DNA of 64,000 nucleotides from a virus. The notes beneath the pieces were generated by a model. That model did not search any database. It saw only the letters and a program-made list of their open reading frames with translations, and was not told where the DNA came from. The translations under genes were made by a program, and so were the position numbers. The stretch spans positions 3,352-67,351 of IMG/VR virus record IMGVR_UViG_3300010160_002125; one strand, given 5' to 3'. Each line of letters begins with the position of its first letter. Position 1 is the stretch's first letter. Below, one piece after another: positions 9,052-18,410 of the stretch.

Positions 9052-9086
9052 AGTTAAATATAGTATAACTTAATTTGAGTTTTAAC

Positions 9087-9599
9087 ATGGCAGATACTTT
9101 ACTATTAAATTCCGACGCACAACCTGTTTCTTGGTTACCTTTGAGTACGCTAACATGGCAGGATGCAATCAAATACATGGTACTTGACAAGGCTCGAGTA
9201 CTGGAGTGGCACGACAATTGGATAGTCCATTCAGCCACTTGGGAAACACCAGTACCTAGTATTATGATGCTGACTGACTACATGAAGCCAAAGACTTCTA
9301 TTCGTTTCTCCAAGAGTAACGTATTCCTTCGTGACGGTTATGTATGTCAGTACTGCGGCGACAACTTAGAAAAGAAGCACTGCACACTTGACCATGTGCT
9401 ACCGGTTAGCCACGGCGGTAAGAGTACTTTTGAAAACTGTACCACAGCCTGCGGTCCATGTAATGCAGGCAAAGGTGCTAACAAGAAGATCAAACCAAAA
9501 ACACGACCTCACAAGCCAGAATACTGGGAACTTGTGAACAAGCGTAAGCACATGCCTTTCCAAATCCGACACGAAGCATGGATGCCATACATTAAATAG
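9087..9599 (+). CDS. HNH endonuclease
   Basis: RDGYVCQYCG...TLDHVLP...N...AC..CN. Confidence 0.92.
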   Translation: MADTLLLNSDAQPVSWLPLSTLTWQDAIKYMVLDKARVLEWHDNWIVHSATWETPVPSIMMLTDYMKPKTSIRFSKSNVFLRDGYVCQYCGDNLEKKHCTLDHVLPVSHGGKSTFENCTTACGPCNAGKGANKKIKPKTRPHKPEYWELVNKRKHMPFQIRHEAWMPYIK

Positions 9600-9602
9600 T
9601 GT

Positions 9603-10022
9603 ATGAAAAAACTCTTTTGGAACGTACTTGGATTTTTAAGTTTGGGAATGGCGTATGTCGGGCTTATCACACCCGGCATACCCTATAGCTGTTTTGTTGT
9701 ATTCGCCGCCTATTGCTTTAGCAAGGGCAACGAACGTATGCATCGATGGCTATACAATCACAAGATTTTTGGACCTTTCCTAACCAACTGGAACGAGAAA
9801 CGTGTGTTCCCTACTAAAATGAAGTTCTTTATGTTAGCTATGATGTCAAGTAGCCTTGGCATTATGTTCTTTACCAATGTACCTACTCGCGGTATTCTTT
9901 ACACAGGCATATTCATGTTCTTTGTTGCAGTATGGGCATGGCGTTGGCCAGGTAGCATAGAAGCCTACAACAAAAGAATAGCCGACGGTAAAAAGGTCGG
10001 CTGGTTCAATAACAGTTTTTAA
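9603..10022 (+). CDS. ybaN: YbaN/DUF454 inner-membrane protein
   Basis: GLITPGIP...F...AAYCF, HRWL, FGP motifs. Confidence 0.85.
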   Translation: MKKLFWNVLGFLSLGMAYVGLITPGIPYSCFVVFAAYCFSKGNERMHRWLYNHKIFGPFLTNWNEKRVFPTKMKFFMLAMMSSSLGIMFFTNVPTRGILYTGIFMFFVAVWAWRWPGSIEAYNKRIADGKKVGWFNNSF

Positions 10023-11209
10023 AACAGAGTTTTAAGAGCTTCGATTAAGTCTTCAATCATTCCATCATCATGTAACGGAGTAGGTGCAAAGCGCAACCGC
10101 TCCGTTCCCACATCTACTGTAGGATAATTGATTGGCTGTACATAGATGTTGTAGTCATTTAGCAAAGCATCGCTAATGGCCTTGCACTTTTTAGCATCAC
10201 CGACTAGCACAGGCACAATATGAGTGGTACTACACGACATCACAGGCAAGCCTACTTTGTCCAATCGATATTTTAATTTACGAGCACGGTCTTGATGCTC
10301 TACACGTAGTTCATTGTGATCTTTAAGATACTTGACGGCGGCTAATGCTCCTGCACAAGTAACAGGCGACATCGATGTAGTAAAGATAAAGCCGGCTGCA
10401 ACGCTACGAATAGCATCAACAACATCTGCATCAGCGGCAATGTATCCGCCCTGCACTCCAAACGCCTTTCCCAGGGTACCGTTAACTATGTCAACTCGAT
10501 GTTGTAAGCCCATCTGTTCTAGCTTGCCTCCTCCATGATCTCCGTACAGGCCAACTGCATGTACTTCATCAATGTAGGTCATTGCTTCATATTTGTCTGC
10601 TAGATCACAGATCTCTTTGATCAATCCCACATCACCATCCATTGAATAAACTGATTCAAAAGCAATGCAAGGCATGTGACCCAATGCTACTGCTTCTTTT
10701 AGTTTATCTTCTAGATCTTCCATATCATTATGACGGAATACACTCTTAGCCGCACGGCTATGTTGTATCCCTACAATCATTGAGTTATGATTGTTAGCAT
10801 CACTGATGTAATGTATGTTTGGAATAATCTTTGCTAGAGCAATAAATGTCCATTCGTTAGCAACATAGGCACTTGAGAATAACAAGGCAGAGGCCTTGTT
10901 ATGTAGTTTGGCCAATTCCATTTCTAATGCTACGTGATAATGACTGGTTCCGGCAATGTTACGAGTACCGCCTGATCCTGCACCAGTCATGTCCAGGGCA
11001 GTATGCATAGCATCTAGTACAACTTTATGTTGTCCCATGCCTAGATAGTCATTAGAACACCAATTGGTTATTGTTTTAATATTATATGGTCCATACCAAA
11101 TGGCCTGAGGGAACTTACCGTTCTCTCTTAGGATATCGTTGAATACACGATATTTGCCGCTGGTCTTGAGTGTTGTAAGTAATTCTGTAAATGGTTGTTT
11201 ATTAATCAT
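10019..11209 (-). CDS. hemA: 5-aminolevulinate synthase (PLP-dependent, Shemin pathway)
   Basis: [56 protein letters not shown]. Confidence 0.93.
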   Translation of the reverse strand: MINKQPFTELLTTLKTSGKYRVFNDILRENGKFPQAIWYGPYNIKTITNWCSNDYLGMGQHKVVLDAMHTALDMTGAGSGGTRNIAGTSHYHVALEMELAKLHNKASALLFSSAYVANEWTFIALAKIIPNIHYISDANNHNSMIVGIQHSRAAKSVFRHNDMEDLEDKLKEAVALGHMPCIAFESVYSMDGDVGLIKEICDLADKYEAMTYIDEVHAVGLYGDHGGGKLEQMGLQHRVDIVNGTLGKAFGVQGGYIAADADVVDAIRSVAAGFIFTTSMSPVTCAGALAAVKYLKDHNELRVEHQDRARKLKYRLDKVGLPVMSCSTTHIVPVLVGDAKKCKAISDALLNDYNIYVQPINYPTVDVGTERLRFAPTPLHDDGMIEDLIEALKTLF

Positions 11210-11249
11210 AGTAGTTTATTTACACTAAATATTCGCCTAGTCAAAATAT

Positions 11250-11278
11250 TTGACAACCTTCTAAATTTACTGTAGACT
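11250..11278 (+). promoter_or_regulatory. sigma70-like promoter TTGACA-N17-TAGACT at the island start
   Basis: consensus -35; TAAATA also present at 11226. Confidence 0.6.
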
Positions 11279-11299
11279 TACACATAGGATAAAAATAAT

Positions 11300-12043
11300 A
11301 TGATCGGAATTATAGGATACGGCATGGTGGGCAAGGCCGTAGAATACGGGTTCTCTAAAACAACCTGTATTATTTCAGACCCACAGTACAACACAACTAC
11401 AGTTAAAGACGTAGTAGCCGCAAATCCAGAAGCTATCTTTGTATGTGTACCTACACCAACAGATGAAACAAACTATGCTGTACTTAAACAAGTTCTTACC
11501 AATATTAAAAATGCACAGTATACAGGTATAACTGTAGTCAAAAGCACAATATTACCGCAATACTTAGAAGTATTTGATGTAGTATACAATCCTGAGTTTC
11601 TTTCTAGGGCTACCAGCCTAGAGGACTTTGTAAACCCGCCCTATGTTGTTATAGGCGGAAATAAAGCACCACAGGTCTTAGACATTTATCGCAAATACTC
11701 TACAGTAGACACTACTAATGCTTTTTTAGTTGACATCCCCACGGCCTGTATGGTTAAATACACTATGAATAGCTTTTATGCTTTGAAGGTGATATTTATG
11801 AACGGTATGTACGATGTTGCTGAACAAATGGGTGCAGATTGGACAAATGCAACTGCAATATTAGCCAAACACCCGTGGATGGGGTCGAATCATTATCAAG
11901 TACCCGGCACAGACGGAGAAAGAGGATTCGGCGGACCGTGTTTACCAAAAGATACCAAAGCACTGGCTAGCACATACGAGCTACCACTTTTAACCAAAGT
12001 GATAGAGTTGAATAACAAATATAGAAACATTAAGGAAAGATAA
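11300..12043 (+). CDS. UDP-glucose/GDP-mannose dehydrogenase family protein (no C-terminal domain)
   Basis: GYGMVG, VCVPTP, KST, NPEFL, GFGGPCLPKD. Confidence 0.88.
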   Translation: MIGIIGYGMVGKAVEYGFSKTTCIISDPQYNTTTVKDVVAANPEAIFVCVPTPTDETNYAVLKQVLTNIKNAQYTGITVVKSTILPQYLEVFDVVYNPEFLSRATSLEDFVNPPYVVIGGNKAPQVLDIYRKYSTVDTTNAFLVDIPTACMVKYTMNSFYALKVIFMNGMYDVAEQMGADWTNATAILAKHPWMGSNHYQVPGTDGERGFGGPCLPKDTKALASTYELPLLTKVIELNNKYRNIKER

Positions 12044-13149
12044 TGGTAATTGACCTAAACGTAACTAGTACTTGCAATCTAGCATGTACCTATTGCTCAG
12101 AAGGATTTGAATGCGGACTCAGTACGCAATTTGAAGAAAACACTTCCGTGACTCTAGAAAATATTGAAGAGTTTATGAGCAAGTTTAGTGACCCTAAACG
12201 AGACATTTACTTTTGGGGTGGCGAACCTTTTGTTAATTGGGAATTCTGTCGCGGTGTGATGGAAAAGTATATTGACAATCCTAACTATAACTTTTTCTTT
12301 TATACCAACGGTGTTTATCTAAAGAAGTATATGAAAGAGCTAGTACGTTTCCATCAATCCATGCCAGGCAGACTTAAAATACAGGTTAGCTATGACGGCA
12401 AACCAGTTAACGATATCACACGCATTGACAAGACAGGCAACCCAAGTAGCAGTTTGGTTAAATCAAATTATCTTGCAGCCAAGCAAGCTGGTCTAGCAGT
12501 TAAAATGAAATCAGTATTAACTGCTGAACACTTTCATCTAATCTACGAAGCTTTCTTAGATGTTATTACCCTAGACGAAAACTATTTTCCAACACCAGAT
12601 ATGTACAGTCATTTGACTGAGGAAGAGTTCATGCCTAGACTGGCAGTGCTCAACGAAGGGCTAGCCAAGATTGCCAAGTACATTTATCTAAACAAACTGC
12701 CTCCAGAAAAGTTTGGTTGGTTCACACAAAGTCGTGCCCTATGTGCTAGTGGTATTAACTATGTGTCAGTGGACCTCAACGGCGACATTAGTCCATGCCA
12801 TGGTTGTATGTACAAAGAAAGTCATGCACACGTAATGGGTAATATTCTTAAGGCGCCGGACATTGATGCGTTGATTGCAGAGAAAACAGCAATGTATAGA
12901 GATGCACTAAAGAATCAACCACTTGATTGTATGAGTTGTGATGCACAGTTCTGTATGAAGTGTAATGCGGCTACATATGAAAAATCAGAGAAAGACACTT
13001 ACTTAGAAAAGTGGAGTGATCATACTGCTAACTGGCAAGTGTGTAAGGTATTCAAGTCTAACGAGATTGTACACCATGCATTACGTACAGCTCTAAAGTC
13101 ATACAAGAAGCCAACTATTATTATCAAAGCGGAGCAATGTACAGTCTAA
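12043..13149 (+). CDS. radical SAM/SPASM protein
   Basis: CNLACTYC, WGGEP, SPASM CASG...PC and CxxC...C..C. Confidence 0.92.
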   Translation: MVIDLNVTSTCNLACTYCSEGFECGLSTQFEENTSVTLENIEEFMSKFSDPKRDIYFWGGEPFVNWEFCRGVMEKYIDNPNYNFFFYTNGVYLKKYMKELVRFHQSMPGRLKIQVSYDGKPVNDITRIDKTGNPSSSLVKSNYLAAKQAGLAVKMKSVLTAEHFHLIYEAFLDVITLDENYFPTPDMYSHLTEEEFMPRLAVLNEGLAKIAKYIYLNKLPPEKFGWFTQSRALCASGINYVSVDLNGDISPCHGCMYKESHAHVMGNILKAPDIDALIAEKTAMYRDALKNQPLDCMSCDAQFCMKCNAATYEKSEKDTYLEKWSDHTANWQVCKVFKSNEIVHHALRTALKSYKKPTIIIKAEQCTV

Positions 13150-13150
13150 T

Positions 13151-14275
13151 ATGTTTACACTAGAGATATCAGTAACAGAAAAATGTAACCTTGGGTGTCC
13201 ATATTGTTACGTGGCCAACCGTCCCACATGGATGGAACCTGAGACTTTTGATAATGCGATGCCCGAGCTTTATAATCTAATGAAGCGTAGCAACGACAGC
13301 GAGTTTCACGTTAGCTTCTTTGGTGGAGAGCCGTTACTTAATTGGGATTTAATCACCTACGCTGTACCAAAGCTAACAGCAGACCCTAAGTGCAAAGGCA
13401 TTAACATTATTACTAATCTAACAATGATTGATGCTGATAAAGCCAAATATCTAAAAGAACACGGAGTCGGAGTCAGTTGGTCATTTGACGGCATGAGTTC
13501 TAATACTACTCGTCCGTTATTACCTTTGTTAGAAAACACTAACCCAGAAACTGGAGAATTGTTTGACGGCATCCTTGACATGTATAATCACAAGAAGGAT
13601 ATCATTACAGATTTAACTAACGGTTGTAAGGTAATGATATGGCCCGGCAATACCAAAGACATGACAGAGAACTTTGAGTTCTTGTTAAGTTGGGGAATTG
13701 AACATCCAGACTTTTCTATTGTACGTGATGATGTATGGACAGAAGATGACCTGCATGAGTATCGTAGAGAACTAATTAGACTAACCGATTGTTATATTGC
13801 TAAACTAAAAGCAGGAATACCTTGTTCAGTTGGATTCCTACGTTTATCTATCTTAGACATCTTGTACGGATTGGTCAAAGGTAAACGCCCGTTTGGTTGC
13901 TTTGCCGGAACGCACGGCGGAGTATTAATGAGCAGTGGTGAGTTTTATCCTTGTGCTCGATTTGCATCTAAGAAGATTATGAAGATGGACAGTGACTATG
14001 ACTTCAAGTACTATCAAGACATATTCAACCCACAGAACTTTGACAAGTGCGAGCCTTGCCAATTAAAACAAGTTTGTAATGCAGGATGTACATACAGTCA
14101 AGTTACCAACGGCAACAAGCCCTTAGACAGTATCTGCGAAATCTTTCATATCACTAATGAGCAGGCCATGCGTGTTGTAGAAGAATGTAAAGATGTCCCA
14201 GTATTCCAAGATTTAATACTACACTACTTACAAAATGTTGGTGTAGAGAATGAAGGCGTGGAGTGTAGAAACTAA
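13151..14275 (+). CDS. radical SAM/SPASM protein
   Basis: CNLGCPYC, FFGGEPLL, CFAG...YPC...CEPC...CNAGC...C. Confidence 0.93.
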   Translation: MFTLEISVTEKCNLGCPYCYVANRPTWMEPETFDNAMPELYNLMKRSNDSEFHVSFFGGEPLLNWDLITYAVPKLTADPKCKGINIITNLTMIDADKAKYLKEHGVGVSWSFDGMSSNTTRPLLPLLENTNPETGELFDGILDMYNHKKDIITDLTNGCKVMIWPGNTKDMTENFEFLLSWGIEHPDFSIVRDDVWTEDDLHEYRRELIRLTDCYIAKLKAGIPCSVGFLRLSILDILYGLVKGKRPFGCFAGTHGGVLMSSGEFYPCARFASKKIMKMDSDYDFKYYQDIFNPQNFDKCEPCQLKQVCNAGCTYSQVTNGNKPLDSICEIFHITNEQAMRVVEECKDVPVFQDLILHYLQNVGVENEGVECRN

Positions 14276-14568
14276 TGAAAAGCATATTAAAGATCCCAGT
14301 TAAAGTTGAAATGGCTCCGGTAGAGCATGTTTCAGACCGTGTATTATCTGTAGACGAATTATCATTGCAAATTGAAGAAGCTCGCAAGGGCAAAGCTAAA
14401 GTTGATAGTCAGTATGTTGGATACGATGATCTTAATAGAGGTCACCTCTATGACTATAAGTTTGACTACGGACAATTTCTATCTAGTATGAGTCATATTA
14501 TTAGAGAAGCCAAGAGTCGTCCGCAAGACAACCGATATAAAAATTCACATGAGATGATTATCCAATGA
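14275..14568 (+). CDS. hypothetical protein
   Basis: 97 aa, translationally coupled between two rSAM genes. Confidence 0.7.
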   Translation: MKSILKIPVKVEMAPVEHVSDRVLSVDELSLQIEEARKGKAKVDSQYVGYDDLNRGHLYDYKFDYGQFLSSMSHIIREAKSRPQDNRYKNSHEMIIQ

Positions 14569-15437
14569 TACCTATTGTTAGTGAATTTTATGTAGGAGAT
14601 AAAACAGACAAACCTGCACCTGCAGGATCGGCTGTTAATGTTCTATATTTTACTAACAAGTGTAATTTGGCCTGTACCTATTGCTATGAAGACTTGCCAG
14701 GCCGACCGCCACAAATATTAACCAAAGAAGACATTGTCAAACACGTTGATGCTATCCTTGCTCGAGAAGATCCTAAAAGCCAAACACTAATTGTATTATT
14801 TGGCGGCGAGCCTACACTTGAATGGGAGAATGTTTGCTTTGCTATGGACTATGCTTTTAGTAAAAAACGTAATGTACATTTTAACATGACCACTAACGGT
14901 ATCAAATACCTAAGTCAAAACTTCATAGATGAAACTATGAACAACTTCTTTTATAAAAAAGGGCTGTTATCTATCGACGTTAGTTTTGACGGAGTTGGTA
15001 ACAAAGATCGAGTGTTTCATAATGGTACAGATAGTACAAAGAGCATGATTGAAGTGTTTACTAATTTAGTAAAAAATAAGTTTAGATATCGTATGCGTTA
15101 TACTATTCATAAGTTTAACATAAACTATGTGTATAAGGATATGACTAAGTTAATCAAAACGTTTAATCCAGAGCGTATGATTACTAGTGTAGCTTGGGAT
15201 ACCCTATCACCTAAGGATATTGAGAAGCTATCTGAGATTAAAAATCAGCTAAGAAATGACTGGATAAATAAAGCAGTATCTGTGCCTGTATGCGAATTAT
15301 TTTGCGACATGTGCAGTGGATGCGGTGAACGCAAAGAGTTAAAGACATATTTTACTAACGAGGGTAACGTAACAACCTATGGAAATTACGAAAACTCTCC
15401 AAAATTTCATGATTTTAAGGACAAAGAAATAAAATGA
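14565..15437 (+). CDS. radical SAM protein (short Cys-rich tail)
   Basis: CNLACTYC, FGGEP, TTNG, SFDG, C-terminal CELFCDMCSGC. Confidence 0.92.
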   Translation: MIPIVSEFYVGDKTDKPAPAGSAVNVLYFTNKCNLACTYCYEDLPGRPPQILTKEDIVKHVDAILAREDPKSQTLIVLFGGEPTLEWENVCFAMDYAFSKKRNVHFNMTTNGIKYLSQNFIDETMNNFFYKKGLLSIDVSFDGVGNKDRVFHNGTDSTKSMIEVFTNLVKNKFRYRMRYTIHKFNINYVYKDMTKLIKTFNPERMITSVAWDTLSPKDIEKLSEIKNQLRNDWINKAVSVPVCELFCDMCSGCGERKELKTYFTNEGNVTTYGNYENSPKFHDFKDKEIK

Positions 15438-15832
15438 CACAGATGACTATAAATGAAAAATTAGAAAAGATTCTAGAGATTATCAAACTTATGGAAGTTG
15501 AGGATGATCCGGGCGTTTCTACAATTATGTTAGATGGCTTCATCCTATCTATGAACATTATTAAAGAATTATCTGAACAGACTGAACCTGCTAACACTCT
15601 TGATATTTCTAAACAGATAGAAATGGTTACGTCAATTTTAGGTATTTCATTACATGATCTAGTTATGCAAATTATCAAAGAAATGAATGAGAATCAAGAG
15701 ATGCCTGATAAAGAAGTTGATAAAAACACTTTAGATTTTATTACATCGGCGGAGAATCTTGACGACTATGATAAGTTTCTAGCACAAGCTAAAGCCAAAG
15801 AAGATTTAGACTTTTTGTCAAAAGCAATTTAA
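15434..15832 (+). CDS. acidic helical hypothetical protein
   Basis: 132-aa coupled ORF. Confidence 0.7.
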   Translation: MTQMTINEKLEKILEIIKLMEVEDDPGVSTIMLDGFILSMNIIKELSEQTEPANTLDISKQIEMVTSILGISLHDLVMQIIKEMNENQEMPDKEVDKNTLDFITSAENLDDYDKFLAQAKAKEDLDFLSKAI

Positions 15833-15845
15833 GGAGATAGGAGCG

Positions 15846-16418
15846 ATGACGTTACCAACATTAGCGGCGGGCATAGTAAAAGACATATATGGCACGGATG
15901 CTTCTGATGCTGTAACACACGGGCTTACACCTGTTAATAATACTAACAAAACATCTGGTGCTATATTTTATAATATAGCACTAAAAGCCAATGCAGAAAG
16001 AGTGAGACGTGGTAAGTCGTCAGTTAATATCCCAACAGATTATTTTACTGGAAAGTTATATGCTAGTAAAATTCAAGAAATAAAAACAAATGTAGAAGTT
16101 ACAGGCCCTGCAGAAACTCAAGCATACAATACCAACTATGGCGGCGGATCCAATAGCGGCAATCCGCCAGCAGTGACCACATTCAGTCAACTGCCTGCAC
16201 CAAGCGGAGCATCTGATTTTGTAAAAGGTGCAAAAATAACCAGTGCTATTGTTAATGCATTGATTAATGAAATTAATGCCGCTGGTAACACATGTACTTG
16301 TAACTGCAACTATTGCACCTGCAACTGCAACTATTGCACCTGCAACTGCAACTACTCATGTACTTGTAATTGCAACTACAGTGATGAACAACTTAAAAGT
16401 CAAGTGGAGTACATATAA
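15846..16418 (+). CDS. Cys-rich (CTCNCNY)4 protein 1 with S74-like SDxxxK tail
   Basis: AAGGAG RBS; ERxRRG and QAYN motifs; ends ...CNYSDEQLKSQVEYI. Confidence 0.85.
   Translation: MTLPTLAAGIVKDIYGTDASDAVTHGLTPVNNTNKTSGAIFYNIALKANAERVRRGKSSVNIPTDYFTGKLYASKIQEIKTNVEVTGPAETQAYNTNYGGGSNSGNPPAVTTFSQLPAPSGASDFVKGAKITSAIVNALINEINAAGNTCTCNCNYCTCNCNYCTCNCNYSCTCNCNYSDEQLKSQVEYI
16293..16379 (+). repeat. degenerate 21-nt coding tandem repeat TGYACYTGYAAYTGYAAYTAY x4
   Basis: equivalent arrays at 17007-17093, 17652-17738 and 18285-18371; one extra codon before the 4th unit in each. Confidence 0.95.
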
Positions 16419-17132
16419 ATGGCATTACCAAGTTTTCCAATTAGGGCATTCGCCTCGGGCGGTAGTCATGCTCCTAACGGAAATCCAGCGTACCGAGCGC
16501 AAAATGGAATTATGTCATCTGTATACGGCACTACTACCGGTAAAACAGTCAGTTATAATATAGCCGAAGTAGCATCTACTGATTTGATGCGAGAAAACAA
16601 ATTACTAGATATAGCAAACAAGGCAGTATTGGAACGAACACGCCGAGGCGGATCAGCAATACAGATACCAGGTGGATATTTTAGTGGACAAATTTATGGT
16701 TCAAGAGTTCAAGATATTGTTAATGTATTACAAGTATCCGGACCCGATAATGAACAAGCATATAACGGTACAGGGCAGGGAACTAATTCTCCCTGGGGAT
16801 ATTATCAAACTGGTAATAATGTAACATATGATAATTATGGAAATCCTATTAACAATCCAGTATATTCAGCAGTAGCCGATCCAACCGCAGTAACTTACCC
16901 AAAAGCAGCCGCACCATCGGTTGGGGTATCATTCTCTAAGGGTGATCAAATATCATCGTTGAATATCAATACATTAATTAGAACAATTAATAATGCTGGC
17001 AATGTATGTACTTGTAACTGCAACTACTGCACTTGCAACTGCAACTATTGCACCTGTAATTGTAACTATGGCTGTACCTGTAACTGCAATTACAGTGACG
17101 AAAGAGTTAAGGCAGAAGTGGAGTACATGTAA
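16419..17132 (+). CDS. Cys-rich (CTCNCNY)4 protein 2
   Basis: paralogue; ends ...CNYSDERVKAEVEYM. Confidence 0.85.
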   Translation: MALPSFPIRAFASGGSHAPNGNPAYRAQNGIMSSVYGTTTGKTVSYNIAEVASTDLMRENKLLDIANKAVLERTRRGGSAIQIPGGYFSGQIYGSRVQDIVNVLQVSGPDNEQAYNGTGQGTNSPWGYYQTGNNVTYDNYGNPINNPVYSAVADPTAVTYPKAAAPSVGVSFSKGDQISSLNINTLIRTINNAGNVCTCNCNYCTCNCNYCTCNCNYGCTCNCNYSDERVKAEVEYM

Positions 17133-17777
17133 ATGGCATCCTTAACAGCAAGCCCATACGGATATAATGCATCAAACGCTGTATCGCCTATTGGCGGCTA
17201 TGTTGGTGCTGGAATGTTAATAAGTGGATCGCACATCCGTGTTATAGCAGAAGAGGCAATCGCTGAGCGAGTTCGTAGAGGCCAAGCCAATATTACTATT
17301 CCTCCAGGATATTATTCAGGAACAATTTCAGCTTCACGTCTTCAAGACGTTATTACAGTAGCATCAGTAGCAGGACCTGCTCAAACACAAGCATATAACG
17401 GAGCATGGCAAGGATATAACAGCTCTAACGGCTATTACGATACTGGAGGTCGTACACCAGTATATGACAATTATGGTAATCTGATTAGATACGATGTAGT
17501 CTATGCGTCATTACCGGCTCCAGAAATTGTTTACTACTATCAGCAAGGCGCACCAAATTTTTATGTATCATTTTCGAGTTTAGTTGGATCAACTATTAGT
17601 GCTAGTCATATAAACGAATTAATTAGTGGAATTAATGCGGCTAAAGCCGTTTGTACTTGTAACTGTAACTATTGCACCTGTAACTGTAACTATTGCACCT
17701 GTAACTGTAACTATGGCTGTACCTGTAACTGCAACTATAGTGATGAAAGAGTGAAGGCAGAGGTGGAGTACATGTAA
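17133..17777 (+). CDS. Cys-rich (CTCNCNY)4 protein 3
   Basis: paralogue; ends ...CNYSDERVKAEVEYM. Confidence 0.85.
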   Translation: MASLTASPYGYNASNAVSPIGGYVGAGMLISGSHIRVIAEEAIAERVRRGQANITIPPGYYSGTISASRLQDVITVASVAGPAQTQAYNGAWQGYNSSNGYYDTGGRTPVYDNYGNLIRYDVVYASLPAPEIVYYYQQGAPNFYVSFSSLVGSTISASHINELISGINAAKAVCTCNCNYCTCNCNYCTCNCNYGCTCNCNYSDERVKAEVEYM

Positions 17778-18410
17778 ATGTCGTTACCTACGATATCAGG
17801 ACTAACTACATCAGTATACGGCACTAATTCTAGTAACGCTGTAGGTTATAATATAGCCGAAGTAGCATCCACTGATTTGATGCGAGAAAACAAATTAATA
17901 GAGATTGCCAATAATGCTGTATCGGAACGAACACGGCGCGGTCAATCGGCAATACAGATACCAGGTGGATATTTTAGCGGAAGAATTTATGGCTCACGGG
18001 TACAAGATATTATTAATGTAGTACAAGTAGCTGGACCGGCGGCAACACAAGCATATAATGGCGCAGGACAGGGAACTAACAGTAGCGATGGAAGAGGCCC
18101 AATCATTGGATATACGCCCGGCCGCTTTAGACTCCCTATATACGGTCCTTTGGTACAACCAGAAGTAGTAACTTACCCACAAACTGCGGCGCCATCATTT
18201 GGGGTATCATTCTCTAAGGGAGATCAAATATCATCGTTGAATATTAACACATTAATTAGAACAATTAATAATGCTGGTGCAGCCTGCACCTGTAACTGCA
18301 ACTACTGCACCTGTAACTGCAACTACTGCACCTGTAATTGTAACTATGCATGTACCTGTAACTGCAATTATAGTGATGAACAAGTTAAAACTAACATAGA
18401 ATACATATAA
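17778..18410 (+). CDS. Cys-rich (CTCNCNY)4 protein 4
   Basis: paralogue; ends ...CNYSDEQVKTNIEYI. Confidence 0.85.
   Translation: MSLPTISGLTTSVYGTNSSNAVGYNIAEVASTDLMRENKLIEIANNAVSERTRRGQSAIQIPGGYFSGRIYGSRVQDIINVVQVAGPAATQAYNGAGQGTNSSDGRGPIIGYTPGRFRLPIYGPLVQPEVVTYPQTAAPSFGVSFSKGDQISSLNINTLIRTINNAGAACTCNCNYCTCNCNYCTCNCNYACTCNCNYSDEQVKTNIEYI

Noticed and set aside
9087-9599. HNH gene as an intron-borne or mobile homing element
   Set aside because: Free-standing with its own promoter; it interrupts no gene and no intron structure is evident
16293-18371. 21-nt repeat arrays as a CRISPR array
   Set aside because: Units are directly adjacent without unique spacers, vary at third codon positions and encode CTCNCNY; no cas operon is present
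15846-18410. Diversity-generating retroelement (TR/VR pairs)
   Set aside because: No reverse transcriptase in the window, and differences between copies are mostly synonymous C/T rather than adenine-specific
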